Below are positions 1 to 8,618 of a DNA stretch of 64,000 nucleotides, in pieces (the first letter of the stretch is position 1; every line of letters begins with the position of its first letter). Location: positions 124,001 to 188,000 of the IMG/VR virus record IMGVR_UViG_3300005941_000003. One strand, written 5' to 3'. Position numbers and translations under genes: made by a program. The notes under the pieces were generated by a model. The model made no database searches. It saw nothing but the letters and a program-made list of their open reading frames with translations, and had not been told where the DNA came from.

Positions 1-367
1 AGTTTAGTTTAACTTTATGATCTGCAACTGACTTTGGATTTGCTTTTCTACCTGGTTCATCTGGTATATGCTCATAAGTCATTACACGAAATACAAGTTC
101 ATTTTCTTCAAATGAATCCGGATCTACCGCAAAATCTGCTTGTTTCTTTTTCTTATCTGTGTTTTCATCCCATGCTTCTTTTTGAAGTCGGGTTGCTCTA
201 TTTTTTCTTGCTTCTTCAATTGATGGTATAATGTCATCAACTGAATGTAGAATTATGTCATGTTGTGAGTGCAAGGTGCGATCTTCAAACCAAGAGAAAT
301 TTGATTTGGATGTGTGTATTTGCTTCAACATGTCTTTGTTGTTCAAATAATTTTGTCCACGGGCCAT
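1..367 (-). CDS. Late-transcription sigma factor, T4 gp55-like (5' part only; runs off the left edge; not in the ORF track)
   Basis: My translation from ATG at 367 is MARGQNYLNNKDMLKQIHTSKSNFSWFEDR...KANPKSVADHKVKLN, open to the window edge. NYLNNKDML matches the gp55 N-terminal signature (NYVNNKELL in T4). A GGAG SD lies upstream. Confidence 0.75.
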   Translation of the reverse strand, partial: MARGQNYLNNKDMLKQIHTSKSNFSWFEDRTLHSQHDIILHSVDDIIPSIEEARKNRATRLQKEAWDENTDKKKKQADFAVDPDSFEENELVFRVMTYEHIPDEPGRKANPKSVADHKVKLN

Positions 368-396
368 AATATGGTTCTCCTAAATATATTACTTTC

Positions 397-425
397 ATTA
401 TACTTCCTCTAAACTTACATGTCAA
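397..425 (-). promoter_or_regulatory. Consensus sigma70 promoter driving the gp55-like gene
   Basis: Minus strand reads TTGACA (425-420), 17 nt, TATAAT (402-397). Confidence 0.85.
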
Positions 426-455
426 CTGTTACTTTAACTTCGAACATTATAGCAT

Positions 456-463
456 GATAAATA
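456..463 (+). promoter_or_regulatory. T4-type late promoter (GATAAATA) for the baseplate operon
   Basis: ATGATAAATA also occurs at 8219-8228 and 21684-21693, each time upstream of structural genes. Confidence 0.7.
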
Positions 464-489
464 CATCAATAAGATGTAGGAGATTGTCC

Positions 490-1056
490 ATGAACCCATA
501 TAAGGACACAGAACAAAACGTATACATTACAGACCCTAGCGGAAGACTTTCCGGTGGTGGATTAAACGTGTTTTTCTTTCCGTTCACACCTAACATATCT
601 GTAATGAATACTGCAAACTATACTGCATACGAACTAACACATGCTAACTTCCAACAGCGAGTTTTTGACAGTGGTGCAAATGCTGAGATTAGTGTTACCG
701 CACCAATGATTGTAAGAAATGAAGAAGAAGCAATGTCAGTTATGCAAGGTAGTAACTTCTTTAGAGCAGCAATGAAAATGGGTTTTGGAGAAAGTGATCC
801 ACAAGCAGGTCTCCCACCGCCAATTTTACGTTTTTATGCATACGGCATTTATACAAATGTTCCAGTGGTCGTAACTAACTTTACATGGAACTTCGACAAT
901 GATGTTGACTACGTTGAGTCTGGTTCAATACGAATACCGAAAGTAAGTACGTTTGTTCTTGGATTGGCGACAACATACGGTCCCAAGAATGTAAGACAAA
1001 ACTTTTCAATAGAAGCATACGCAAATGGAAGATTGAAGGGAAGAGGTTATGTATAA
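490..1056 (+). CDS. Baseplate / tail-tube initiator-like protein (gp48/gp54-like)
   Basis: FPFTPNI, THANF and GLPPPILRFYAYG..VPVVVTNF..DVDY motifs are typical of this tube-fold family, and the gene precedes a gp53-like gene. Start moved from 454 to 490 because of the AGGAGA SD at 478-483 and the late promoter at 456. Confidence 0.6.
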   Translation: MNPYKDTEQNVYITDPSGRLSGGGLNVFFFPFTPNISVMNTANYTAYELTHANFQQRVFDSGANAEISVTAPMIVRNEEEAMSVMQGSNFFRAAMKMGFGESDPQAGLPPPILRFYAYGIYTNVPVVVTNFTWNFDNDVDYVESGSIRIPKVSTFVLGLATTYGPKNVRQNFSIEAYANGRLKGRGYV

Positions 1057-1339
1057 AAGTAGTTCTCCTTGGTCACAGACCCCAATCCTTAAAAACAAAA
1101 TTCTGGATATACAAACAAAAAGATATATTCATAAAGATGATCTTGACGAAGAATACACTATACCTGCAAAGTATGAATATCGTCCTGATCTTCTGAGTTA
1201 TGAAAAATATGGAACAGCAAAATGGTGGTGGATTTTTGCTTTACGCAATCCAAACGAAATTATTGATCCTATTAACGATTTTGTTGCAGGTACTGTAATA
1301 CGCATACCATCAAAAAAGAATATAGATGAGATGAAATAA
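1049..1339 (+). CDS. Baseplate wedge protein, gp53/LysM-like
   Basis: YEYRPDLLSYEKYGTAKWWWIFALRNP...GTVIRIP pattern, plus synteny. Confidence 0.8.
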   Translation: MYKSSSPWSQTPILKNKILDIQTKRYIHKDDLDEEYTIPAKYEYRPDLLSYEKYGTAKWWWIFALRNPNEIIDPINDFVAGTVIRIPSKKNIDEMK

Positions 1340-1341
1340 AC

Positions 1342-4300
1342 ATGACAGTTCGTAACGTTAGAAACAATAACCCAGGTAACATTAGACTTAGTAGTACTGA
1401 GTGGGTTGGCGCAGTGCCGGGTAGCGACAGTTCATTCGTGACATTCGCGACACCGGAAGCAGGCGTTCGTGCGATGACCAAGAACCTTTACTCATATCAA
1501 AGTCGATATGGATTGGGTACTGTCAATGAAATGATATCTCGTTGGGCGCCACCCAATGAAAACAACACAACCGCATACGTAAACAGAGTTGCTGCGTCCA
1601 TGGGCGTTGATCCAAACCAAACTATCAATTTAAGAGATAACCCACAGTTAACAGAGCGTATGGTTTCTGTAATGATACGAGAAGAAGGCGGCGCGGAAGC
1701 AGCGAACTATTTTAGTCCTCATATTGCTCAAGGTGTTGTTGATGCAAACAGTTCAACAGTAACATATCCAACATCCACATCACCCGCACAAGTAGATCCT
1801 GCGGTGGCTGGTACTGAAGGATCAACAGGTGCGAGAAACTACAATTCTGCCGCAGACATAACTGCAATTGCTAGACCAGAAGATTTAGCCTCACTAGAAA
1901 GTTCTGTTTCGTGGTTACCGAACGCACTAGATGATTATGAAAATTATACTTACAATTTAGAATTGTTTTTAGTTGATCAACGTTCGGCAGCAGATTTCCT
2001 ATCTCCAACAGGTACGTCTCTTGATAGCATTGTAGACGATGCATGGCCTGGAAGCGGAACACAAAAAATAATAATTGCAAAAACTGGTATAACAACTGAA
2101 TTCAATATACAAGATTTGGAAATACAATCACTCGGTGCGACACATCAAAACTTCGGTATTGTAGGTGCAGCATTGAAATTAAGTTTCTCTATAGTTCAAG
2201 TTGGAAGAAGTAAGTTAGCAGAAATATTGAAATCTGCAACACTACTAGCTGGTTATTCTAATATTGGTTCTGCGAAGTTTTTCTTAAAAATTAATTTTAT
2301 GGGATATGATGAAAATGGCAATTCGTTTAGAATACCAAGATCGACTAAAGTAATACCATTCATAATATCAAATACAGCCGAAGTTCAAACAAGTAGTACT
2401 ATTGCCGGTACTACAACTTCAATTGAAGGTTCAGTAGTTCGTTATGGTGCCATGGATTATGGTGCAGATACAATTTCAACATCATTTGAGTACGAAATAG
2501 GTGATAACGTAGAAGATACTATAAACAATCTTTTAACAAAGTATAATGAATACCTAGTACAAACTAACTTCGGCGGTGATACAAAATTCATCAACACTTA
2601 TTCAGTAAAAGCAATAAACGATGACATAAAAAATGAATTTTTTGTTAATAACAAAGTGATGCTTGATGGCTTCCCAAACTTTGGTTCAGCTAATCATAAT
2701 ACGTACAGAAGTGCGGCGCCCGGACAAATGGCAACTGCAATGCCAATTGGTACTCTAAATCCTGGGACAAGTCTAATGGAAAGTATATTAGATGTGTTCA
2801 TGAATTCAGAAGTTGTTAAACGAAATCTAACAGAGGATCAAGTATCATTTACTGATGTGTTATCTATATATGTAGATTATGTACCTAAGGTAGATGGGTA
2901 CAATGTAATGACAAATACTGAAGGTGCAGATATAACATATTACATTGGCAAAAAGAGAGAACTTGTTGAACAGAGCGCAGCATCAACAATGGTTCATGCC
3001 AAAAACAATAAAACAATCGTTGATGAAATAGTAAACGAAGGTAAATTAAAAAAGATATATCGTTATCTGTATACAGGTAGAAATGATCAAGTTCTTAACT
3101 TTGAAATAAGTTTGAAACAACAATTAATAAAAACCTACGTATCTGCATCTGGTGAACAAATGTGGACAAAACTGTTAGATGATTATGGTATAGTTTTAAA
3201 AAGTGTGTTAGGAAATGATCGTGCGGTTGCTAAACTACAAGAAATGAGTTCAGCCGCTAATACGACACGTAGTTCATTGGAAGAAGCTAGAGCAAGTTTA
3301 CAATCAATGACATCTGATAATACTACATGGATGACCAGTCAAAAAGATAGAATTATTGAATCGTTGACTGCATCCGGTGCACCAGCAGAAGAAGTAGCAC
3401 GGGCGCAAAGCATGTCCCTTGATCAACTACTAGCGCATAATTCAACTATTGGTGCAACTAGTGGTGGAGCAAATGGTGACGGCTTGCGAGGCGGAACAAC
3501 AGATTATCTTGCTCGCGTACTTTCAAATACTCCAATACAACGACTAAGATCCGAGTTTGAAACGAGAACGTCACAATTAGGAGATATTCGTAATACCGTT
3601 AACAACTTACGCGATTCCATTAAGAGTGCAGATGATGAATTAACTAGAGGCATACAGACTATTTTCGGACAAGCGATAAATGCATTGGGTGGAGCAGGTT
3701 TGGTACAGAATTTGTCCACAGCAGGTATACAAACATCAACATCTAATGCTGGTGCAAATTTGGGAACATATGTATTGGCAGAAAACATGACAAGTGATAG
3801 TATAAATTCTATTGCACCGGGTGAACTTTTATCTGTACTCAATGCAGTTTCTACTAATCCTACCATTTTTGTTGAACTAACGAAAGGTATTTTGGCACAC
3901 AATAGACAATTAAAAAGTATTGCAACTAACGACCCAGAGTATGTGGAACTTGCTAAAGAGAAATATTATGAAGCACATTCCGGTGATATTAGCATGATGG
4001 AAGCAACTATGGAAATACGCGGCGATCCTTTCTGGATTGACAATCATATCTCACCTGCAAAGTATCAAAGTGAATTTACAAAAAATACAAACAGCAACTA
4101 TCCAAACGATAGATCAGAACATAACGGATTTAATTATGTTATGATTGTATCAAATGCAGTAGATGGTGAAGATGAAAATGATAATCCAAAAATTGCAAGA
4201 TTGTTAACTTACATTTATAATGTGAAGGGTATAACTAGTAGATTTGATGGTGGTAAATTCACTCAAACATTGGATATGGTTAGATTGCATATCGCTGATG

Positions 4301-4392
4301 GTTACAAGACTACACAAGGATCGGAAGTTTTGGGCAGAAGCATGGTTCCAGTTGAAAATGATAATTCAACAACCAGAAACCTTGCAAGATAA
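1342..4392 (+). CDS. Baseplate hub-like protein with N-terminal lysozyme-like (NNPGN family) domain
   Basis: N-terminus RNNNPGNIR...FATPEAGVRAM...ISRWAPPNENNT.AY. C-terminus MEIRGDPFW...Y.V..ITSRFDGGKFTQTL is hub (gp27/VgrG-type) like. Lies between the gp53- and gp5-like genes. Confidence 0.7.
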   Translation: MTVRNVRNNNPGNIRLSSTEWVGAVPGSDSSFVTFATPEAGVRAMTKNLYSYQSRYGLGTVNEMISRWAPPNENNTTAYVNRVAASMGVDPNQTINLRDNPQLTERMVSVMIREEGGAEAANYFSPHIAQGVVDANSSTVTYPTSTSPAQVDPAVAGTEGSTGARNYNSAADITAIARPEDLASLESSVSWLPNALDDYENYTYNLELFLVDQRSAADFLSPTGTSLDSIVDDAWPGSGTQKIIIAKTGITTEFNIQDLEIQSLGATHQNFGIVGAALKLSFSIVQVGRSKLAEILKSATLLAGYSNIGSAKFFLKINFMGYDENGNSFRIPRSTKVIPFIISNTAEVQTSSTIAGTTTSIEGSVVRYGAMDYGADTISTSFEYEIGDNVEDTINNLLTKYNEYLVQTNFGGDTKFINTYSVKAINDDIKNEFFVNNKVMLDGFPNFGSANHNTYRSAAPGQMATAMPIGTLNPGTSLMESILDVFMNSEVVKRNLTEDQVSFTDVLSIYVDYVPKVDGYNVMTNTEGADITYYIGKKRELVEQSAASTMVHAKNNKTIVDEIVNEGKLKKIYRYLYTGRNDQVLNFEISLKQQLIKTYVSASGEQMWTKLLDDYGIVLKSVLGNDRAVAKLQEMSSAANTTRSSLEEARASLQSMTSDNTTWMTSQKDRIIESLTASGAPAEEVARAQSMSLDQLLAHNSTIGATSGGANGDGLRGGTTDYLARVLSNTPIQRLRSEFETRTSQLGDIRNTVNNLRDSIKSADDELTRGIQTIFGQAINALGGAGLVQNLSTAGIQTSTSNAGANLGTYVLAENMTSDSINSIAPGELLSVLNAVSTNPTIFVELTKGILAHNRQLKSIATNDPEYVELAKEKYYEAHSGDISMMEATMEIRGDPFWIDNHISPAKYQSEFTKNTNSNYPNDRSEHNGFNYVMIVSNAVDGEDENDNPKIARLLTYIYNVKGITSRFDGGKFTQTLDMVRLHIADGYKTTQGSEVLGRSMVPVENDNSTTRNLAR

Positions 4393-4409
4393 AAGTATAG
4401 GAAAAATAA

Positions 4410-6455
4410 ATGAGACCTAGAGGAAAAACTGGCTTAAAAGACATAATAAAATCTGGACAGCGGAATTCTAACAACCCACTGTTAGATAGAGTTAGTAGCG
4501 GCATTTATAGAGCCATAACAGTAGACGCTGCCGATCCAGAAGGTAGAGGTAGACTAGCTGCGTATATACCTGCACTTGGTGGATCATCCGAAAATCCGAT
4601 ATTCTTCCAATATGCAAGTCCATTCGGCGGCTCTAACGGTTCTAGTAACTATGGATTTTTTGCAGTTCCGCCAGATCCGGGCGTAACAATTATGGTATTC
4701 TTTGCAGATGACTCAGATATGACTGCTGGATATTGGTTCGCTGTTCTACAACAAATACCAAACGTTGTAAGTGGTGGTGCAGCCGGTGCGCCACAAGTAG
4801 ATGGTACTGGCCAAGGTCAAGGGGCGTTCGTAGATGCTGAGTCTTCTAAGGGGGCAGTCACTACTATAACTCAAGGTCAAAATCCAGATACTGCAATATT
4901 TTATGATGAAAACGGTAATCCAGTTTACCCTAGGGGCAGTGATCAATCACAATCCGGCGCAACTGCAAGCGGTAGCCAAGGTGATAGGTTACGTGGTCCG
5001 GGTTCAGAACAACGTTGGACCGACGCAGATGTGGCAAGAGTTGAGCAATTAAAAACCGCGGATGAATCATTCGGTGGTGGAGGTAGATTTAGTTTAACAC
5101 CAGCAGAAAAAGCATATGCACAAAGTCGAGGTTATTTAGGTGCTGGTGCAACTGCCTCAGGCGCAGCGGGTGATGGACTTCGTGGTGGAAGTACAACTAG
5201 TAATACAAGTACAACTAGTAATACAACTGAAGGCTCGCCTATACCAAATAGTGGTAGAAACGCAAACTTGGCTGCTCAAGGTACTTATACCGACCCAATA
5301 CGCGGGCAATCAAGTTCTACCCCAATACGGGACGCCAGTTATCAAACGCCGGGACCTAGTAGAGTCTATGGTATGGCGACGCCTGGCCAGTCCGCGATCA
5401 CTTTTGATGACGGTAGTGTGGGAGATGATGGAACTGTTCACCCATCACATGTGCGACTTACAACAGGTAGTGGCGCAAGTTTAATATTAGATGGCACAAA
5501 CGACATGATCTATATGGTAAACTCAAGCGGATCCGGTTGGGTAGAAATAGGAAAAGACGGTAACATCGTTATGTATGGTAGTGGTAGTATTAGCATGAGA
5601 GCCGAAGGGGATTTCAACCTACGTGCAGATCAAAACATAAATTTAGAAGCCGGCGCAAAATTCAATGTTAAAACAGGTGGTAACATCATGTTTGATGGTT
5701 CTGGTCAATTACATTTAAAAAGTTCAGGAACACAATTTTTAGATACTGGTGGGGCTATGCACCTAAAAGTGGGAGCAAATATGTATGCCAGTACTGGCGG
5801 AAAGATGCACTTGAATGGTCCTCAGGCTGCAATGTCTATGGGTATCGGTACGTCTGCAATGCCGGATATACAAAATTTAGAAAGCACAAGAGTTGAAAGT
5901 TCTTGGCAAGGTGGGGGTAGTTCGCTACCAACTGTACCTTCACATGAACCTATGATGAGACCTGCACCAAATAACACAGGTGGTGGGCCCATTGTACCTG
6001 ATCCAAATAGTTACACAGAAAAGACAATCAACGATGTACCTGCCGCGAATTATACAGGCGAGAATGGAAAATTAGATCCTAGCAATCTAGCGTCTATAGG
6101 TAATGGCATTCAAATACGTAAAGATGCAGCGGATGCATGGAACAGAATGGCAGCGGCTGCAAAAGCTGACGGTATTAATTTATCGCCATCGTCTGGATAT
6201 AGATCATACGAACACCAGCTTAGATTGTGGCAAGGCGCTCTTAGAAAATACGGCACACCCGCTGCGGCTCGAAAGTGGGTTGCTCCTCCGGGTAACTCAA
6301 ATCACGGTTGGGGTATCGCGGTTGATGAAGGTGTAATCTACAACAACAGAGCACCGTCAAACCCACATTACAGGTGGCTTAATAGTAATGCGGGTAGATT
6401 TAATTTTTATCAGAGAATGTCTTGGGAACCATGGCATTGGGAATTTAGAGGTTAA
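4410..6455 (+). CDS. Baseplate central spike (gp5-like) with C-terminal VanY/M15B D,D-carboxypeptidase domain
   Basis: OB-fold start (DPEGRGRL...PPDPG..IMVFF), Gly-rich beta-helix repeats and an HEP motif. The C-terminal SGYRS...SNHGWGIAVD...EPWHWE matches the SxHxxGxAxD / ExxH Zn-peptidase motifs. Confidence 0.85.
   Translation: MRPRGKTGLKDIIKSGQRNSNNPLLDRVSSGIYRAITVDAADPEGRGRLAAYIPALGGSSENPIFFQYASPFGGSNGSSNYGFFAVPPDPGVTIMVFFADDSDMTAGYWFAVLQQIPNVVSGGAAGAPQVDGTGQGQGAFVDAESSKGAVTTITQGQNPDTAIFYDENGNPVYPRGSDQSQSGATASGSQGDRLRGPGSEQRWTDADVARVEQLKTADESFGGGGRFSLTPAEKAYAQSRGYLGAGATASGAAGDGLRGGSTTSNTSTTSNTTEGSPIPNSGRNANLAAQGTYTDPIRGQSSSTPIRDASYQTPGPSRVYGMATPGQSAITFDDGSVGDDGTVHPSHVRLTTGSGASLILDGTNDMIYMVNSSGSGWVEIGKDGNIVMYGSGSISMRAEGDFNLRADQNINLEAGAKFNVKTGGNIMFDGSGQLHLKSSGTQFLDTGGAMHLKVGANMYASTGGKMHLNGPQAAMSMGIGTSAMPDIQNLESTRVESSWQGGGSSLPTVPSHEPMMRPAPNNTGGGPIVPDPNSYTEKTINDVPAANYTGENGKLDPSNLASIGNGIQIRKDAADAWNRMAAAAKADGINLSPSSGYRSYEHQLRLWQGALRKYGTPAAARKWVAPPGNSNHGWGIAVDEGVIYNNRAPSNPHYRWLNSNAGRFNFYQRMSWEPWHWEFRG
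5190..5225 (+). repeat. Perfect 18-bp tandem duplication (STTSNT x2) in the spike linker
   Basis: agtacaactagtaataca repeated twice. Confidence 0.9.
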
Positions 6456-6465
6456 GGGGTTATAA

Positions 6466-7110
6466 ATGATTTTTGACAAAAGACAAGGTTCATTATTAAA
6501 TTTAATTCAGTTACCTTTGAATGTGGTTACACCATATGGTACATACCTAGGTGTTGGGTATGATAAAAATAACGAACCAGAGTATATTCTTTCGCATGTA
6601 AGAGTTACTACATTTGAATTAAAAGATTTAGTTTTTTCAGACTTTAGTAAAGAATACATAATGAAAAAAGAGAAACCGATATTGGAACTCACATCTGATA
6701 TGAAAATTGGCTACGATTATGAAGTAACCCCTACAGAACAAAAGTATGGATATATCACAGTTGCATCTAAACGTATTTCATTAGATACTGGTAAGATAAC
6801 AAAAGCAGAAGCGAATTTTATTTTAGAAAAACAATTACGTCACATTGGTACTGTTCTTGAGAATTTCATAACTCAGCCATTGGGTCAGCCACAGTATGAT
6901 GCACTTCTAATATATTTTTATTATGAAGGCGTTAATAGAATTAAAGATAGTGGATTGATTAAGATGATCAATCAAGGGGATGCGTGGTTCTACATCACAG
7001 ATGAAATTCAGACTGGTATAAAAAGAGCGAACGGCAGAGTTGATGAACAACTTGCCGCTCGTAAAATGGATATTGCTAATATGTGGAGTTATGTGCCTGG
7101 TTTTAGTTAA
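6466..7110 (+). CDS. Degenerate GH24 (phage lysozyme)-fold baseplate protein
   Basis: IGY...[10 protein letters not shown]...[16 protein letters not shown]...LIKMINQGD...[12 protein letters not shown] follows the GH24 C-lobe pattern. The catalytic loop is not canonical. Confidence 0.55.
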   Translation: MIFDKRQGSLLNLIQLPLNVVTPYGTYLGVGYDKNNEPEYILSHVRVTTFELKDLVFSDFSKEYIMKKEKPILELTSDMKIGYDYEVTPTEQKYGYITVASKRISLDTGKITKAEANFILEKQLRHIGTVLENFITQPLGQPQYDALLIYFYYEGVNRIKDSGLIKMINQGDAWFYITDEIQTGIKRANGRVDEQLAARKMDIANMWSYVPGFS

Positions 7111-7733
7111 ACTGGGCGCTTATCCATAACTTTATCTGCTAGACCCCATTCAACTGCATCTTCCGCACGTAAGAATGTATCGTATTTCATTGTTTCATAC
7201 AATTCATCAAACGACTTACCAGCAGTATTGTGACTTACATAAATTTCTGTAAGACGCTTATTCAAATCTTTCGCTTCCTGTAGATGGCGAAGATTGTCTT
7301 CCATTTCCATTTCTTGTACATGAACAGAACCACGAGTTCCACCAGTTCCAGATGATACACGGTGAATCATCGTGCGTGAGTTTGGAAGAACATAACGCTT
7401 ACCTGCTGCACCTGCTTGTGCAAGAAGTGAACCCATTGAGGCTGCTTGACCAATTACTGTGGTTGATACGTCTGGTTTAATAAACTGCATCGTATCGTAA
7501 ATTGCAAGTCCTGATGTTACAGAGCCGCCCGGAGAGTTGATATAAAAATGAATATCTTTATCTGGGTTTTCTGCTTCCAGAAACAGAAGTTGCGCACATA
7601 GTAGATCGGCTTGATAGTCATTTACTTCACCAGTTAGGAAGATCACACGTTCTTTAAGAAGGCGTGAGAAGATATCATAACTGCGTTCTCCGTTAGCAGT
7701 TTGATCGACTACCATTGGTACTAGGTTTGGCAT
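7107..7733 (-). CDS. clpP: ATP-dependent Clp protease proteolytic subunit
   Basis: [51 protein letters not shown] (Ser), MIH (His) and YDTFL (Asp). Confidence 0.95.
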   Translation of the reverse strand: MPNLVPMVVDQTANGERSYDIFSRLLKERVIFLTGEVNDYQADLLCAQLLFLEAENPDKDIHFYINSPGGSVTSGLAIYDTMQFIKPDVSTTVIGQAASMGSLLAQAGAAGKRYVLPNSRTMIHRVSSGTGGTRGSVHVQEMEMEDNLRHLQEAKDLNKRLTEIYVSHNTAGKSFDELYETMKYDTFLRAEDAVEWGLADKVMDKRPV

Positions 7734-8141
7734 TTAGTAGGTCCTTGTGTTTTTATGTATATTAATCTGTGATAGTTGAGATTTCATATCAGACAACTCA
7801 TCTGATAGTTCTTTGATTCTACCATATGCTTTATACAATGATTCGGTTAAATCTGCAACCTGTTTTTTAAGTGCATCCACTTCACTAAATTCACTTAAAG
7901 GTTTGGTTTCTTCCCAAAGAACCCAATCACGTGTGTATATTCCTGGGTCCACTTGTGTAGTAAAGGATAAATGTTGCGGTGCAACATTTTTTTCAAATTC
8001 TTCTAGGGTTATTTCTGGGTATTCAAGGTCCATTGCAAATTCATAAGATACATCAACATCGTATAAGGAATAATCTAATTCATCAAACATGTCTAATTGA
8101 TCTTCGAATTCAGTGACACCATAATATTCTTCTTTGGTCAT
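7734..8141 (-). CDS. Hypothetical protein (acidic N-terminus, C-terminal coiled coil)
   Basis: GGAG SD; abuts clpP; heptad-like LKKQVADLTESL...IKELSDEL..MKSQL. Confidence 0.7.
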   Translation of the reverse strand: MTKEEYYGVTEFEDQLDMFDELDYSLYDVDVSYEFAMDLEYPEITLEEFEKNVAPQHLSFTTQVDPGIYTRDWVLWEETKPLSEFSEVDALKKQVADLTESLYKAYGRIKELSDELSDMKSQLSQINIHKNTRTY

Positions 8142-8167
8142 AATGGTAATCTCCTATATGATAGTTT

Positions 8168-8196
8168 ACTATAGCATACGCCTATTTATGTGTCAA
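8168..8196 (-). promoter_or_regulatory. Sigma70 promoter with a nested late ATAAATA element, upstream of the clpP operon
   Basis: Minus strand TTGACA (8196-8191), 17 nt, TATAGT (8173-8168) with extended -10 TG. ATAAATA lies at 8189-8183 inside the spacer. Confidence 0.75.
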
Positions 8197-8220
8197 CTAA
8201 AACTTCGTAGTTTATACGAT

Positions 8221-8228
8221 GATAAATA
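8221..8228 (+). promoter_or_regulatory. T4-type late promoter (GATAAATA)
   Basis: About 30 nt upstream of the gp25-like start; same ATGATAAATA as at 454 and 21684. Confidence 0.7.
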
Positions 8229-8257
8229 CTCTTAACGTAAAAAAGCGAGACCTATAA

Positions 8258-8614
8258 ATGAAACGTTTTAGTGGATTTAGTACAAAGAGCAAATATGCAA
8301 TCAATCATGTTCTCACTGGTAAAGAACTAGTGATCGAAGACTTGATGAATGAAATTATGACTCGCAAAGGCGAGAGAGTAATGATGCCAACTTTTGGTAG
8401 TATTATTCATGATATGATATTTGAACCGCTAACACGTATTACTGTGCAACTTATTGAAGACGATCTGACTGACATTATAAATGCAGAACCAAGATGCGAA
8501 CTAATTTTGCTACAAGTAACAGATAACGATCACAGCGTAAATGTAAGAATTGTAATCAGCATACTTCCATCAAAAGAAGTCACAGAACTAACAATAGATT
8601 TAGAGAGAGAATAA
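8258..8614 (+). CDS. Baseplate wedge subunit gp25-like
   Basis: DL.N.IMTRKGERVMMPTFGS.I.D.IFEP...I...EPR signature. Confidence 0.9.
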   Translation: MKRFSGFSTKSKYAINHVLTGKELVIEDLMNEIMTRKGERVMMPTFGSIIHDMIFEPLTRITVQLIEDDLTDIINAEPRCELILLQVTDNDHSVNVRIVISILPSKEVTELTIDLERE

Positions 8615-8618
8615 TATA

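Noticed and set aside
34-231. 65-aa plus-strand ORF
   Set aside because: It is the shadow of the minus-strand gp55-like gene, which has the promoter, SD and a recognisable motif.
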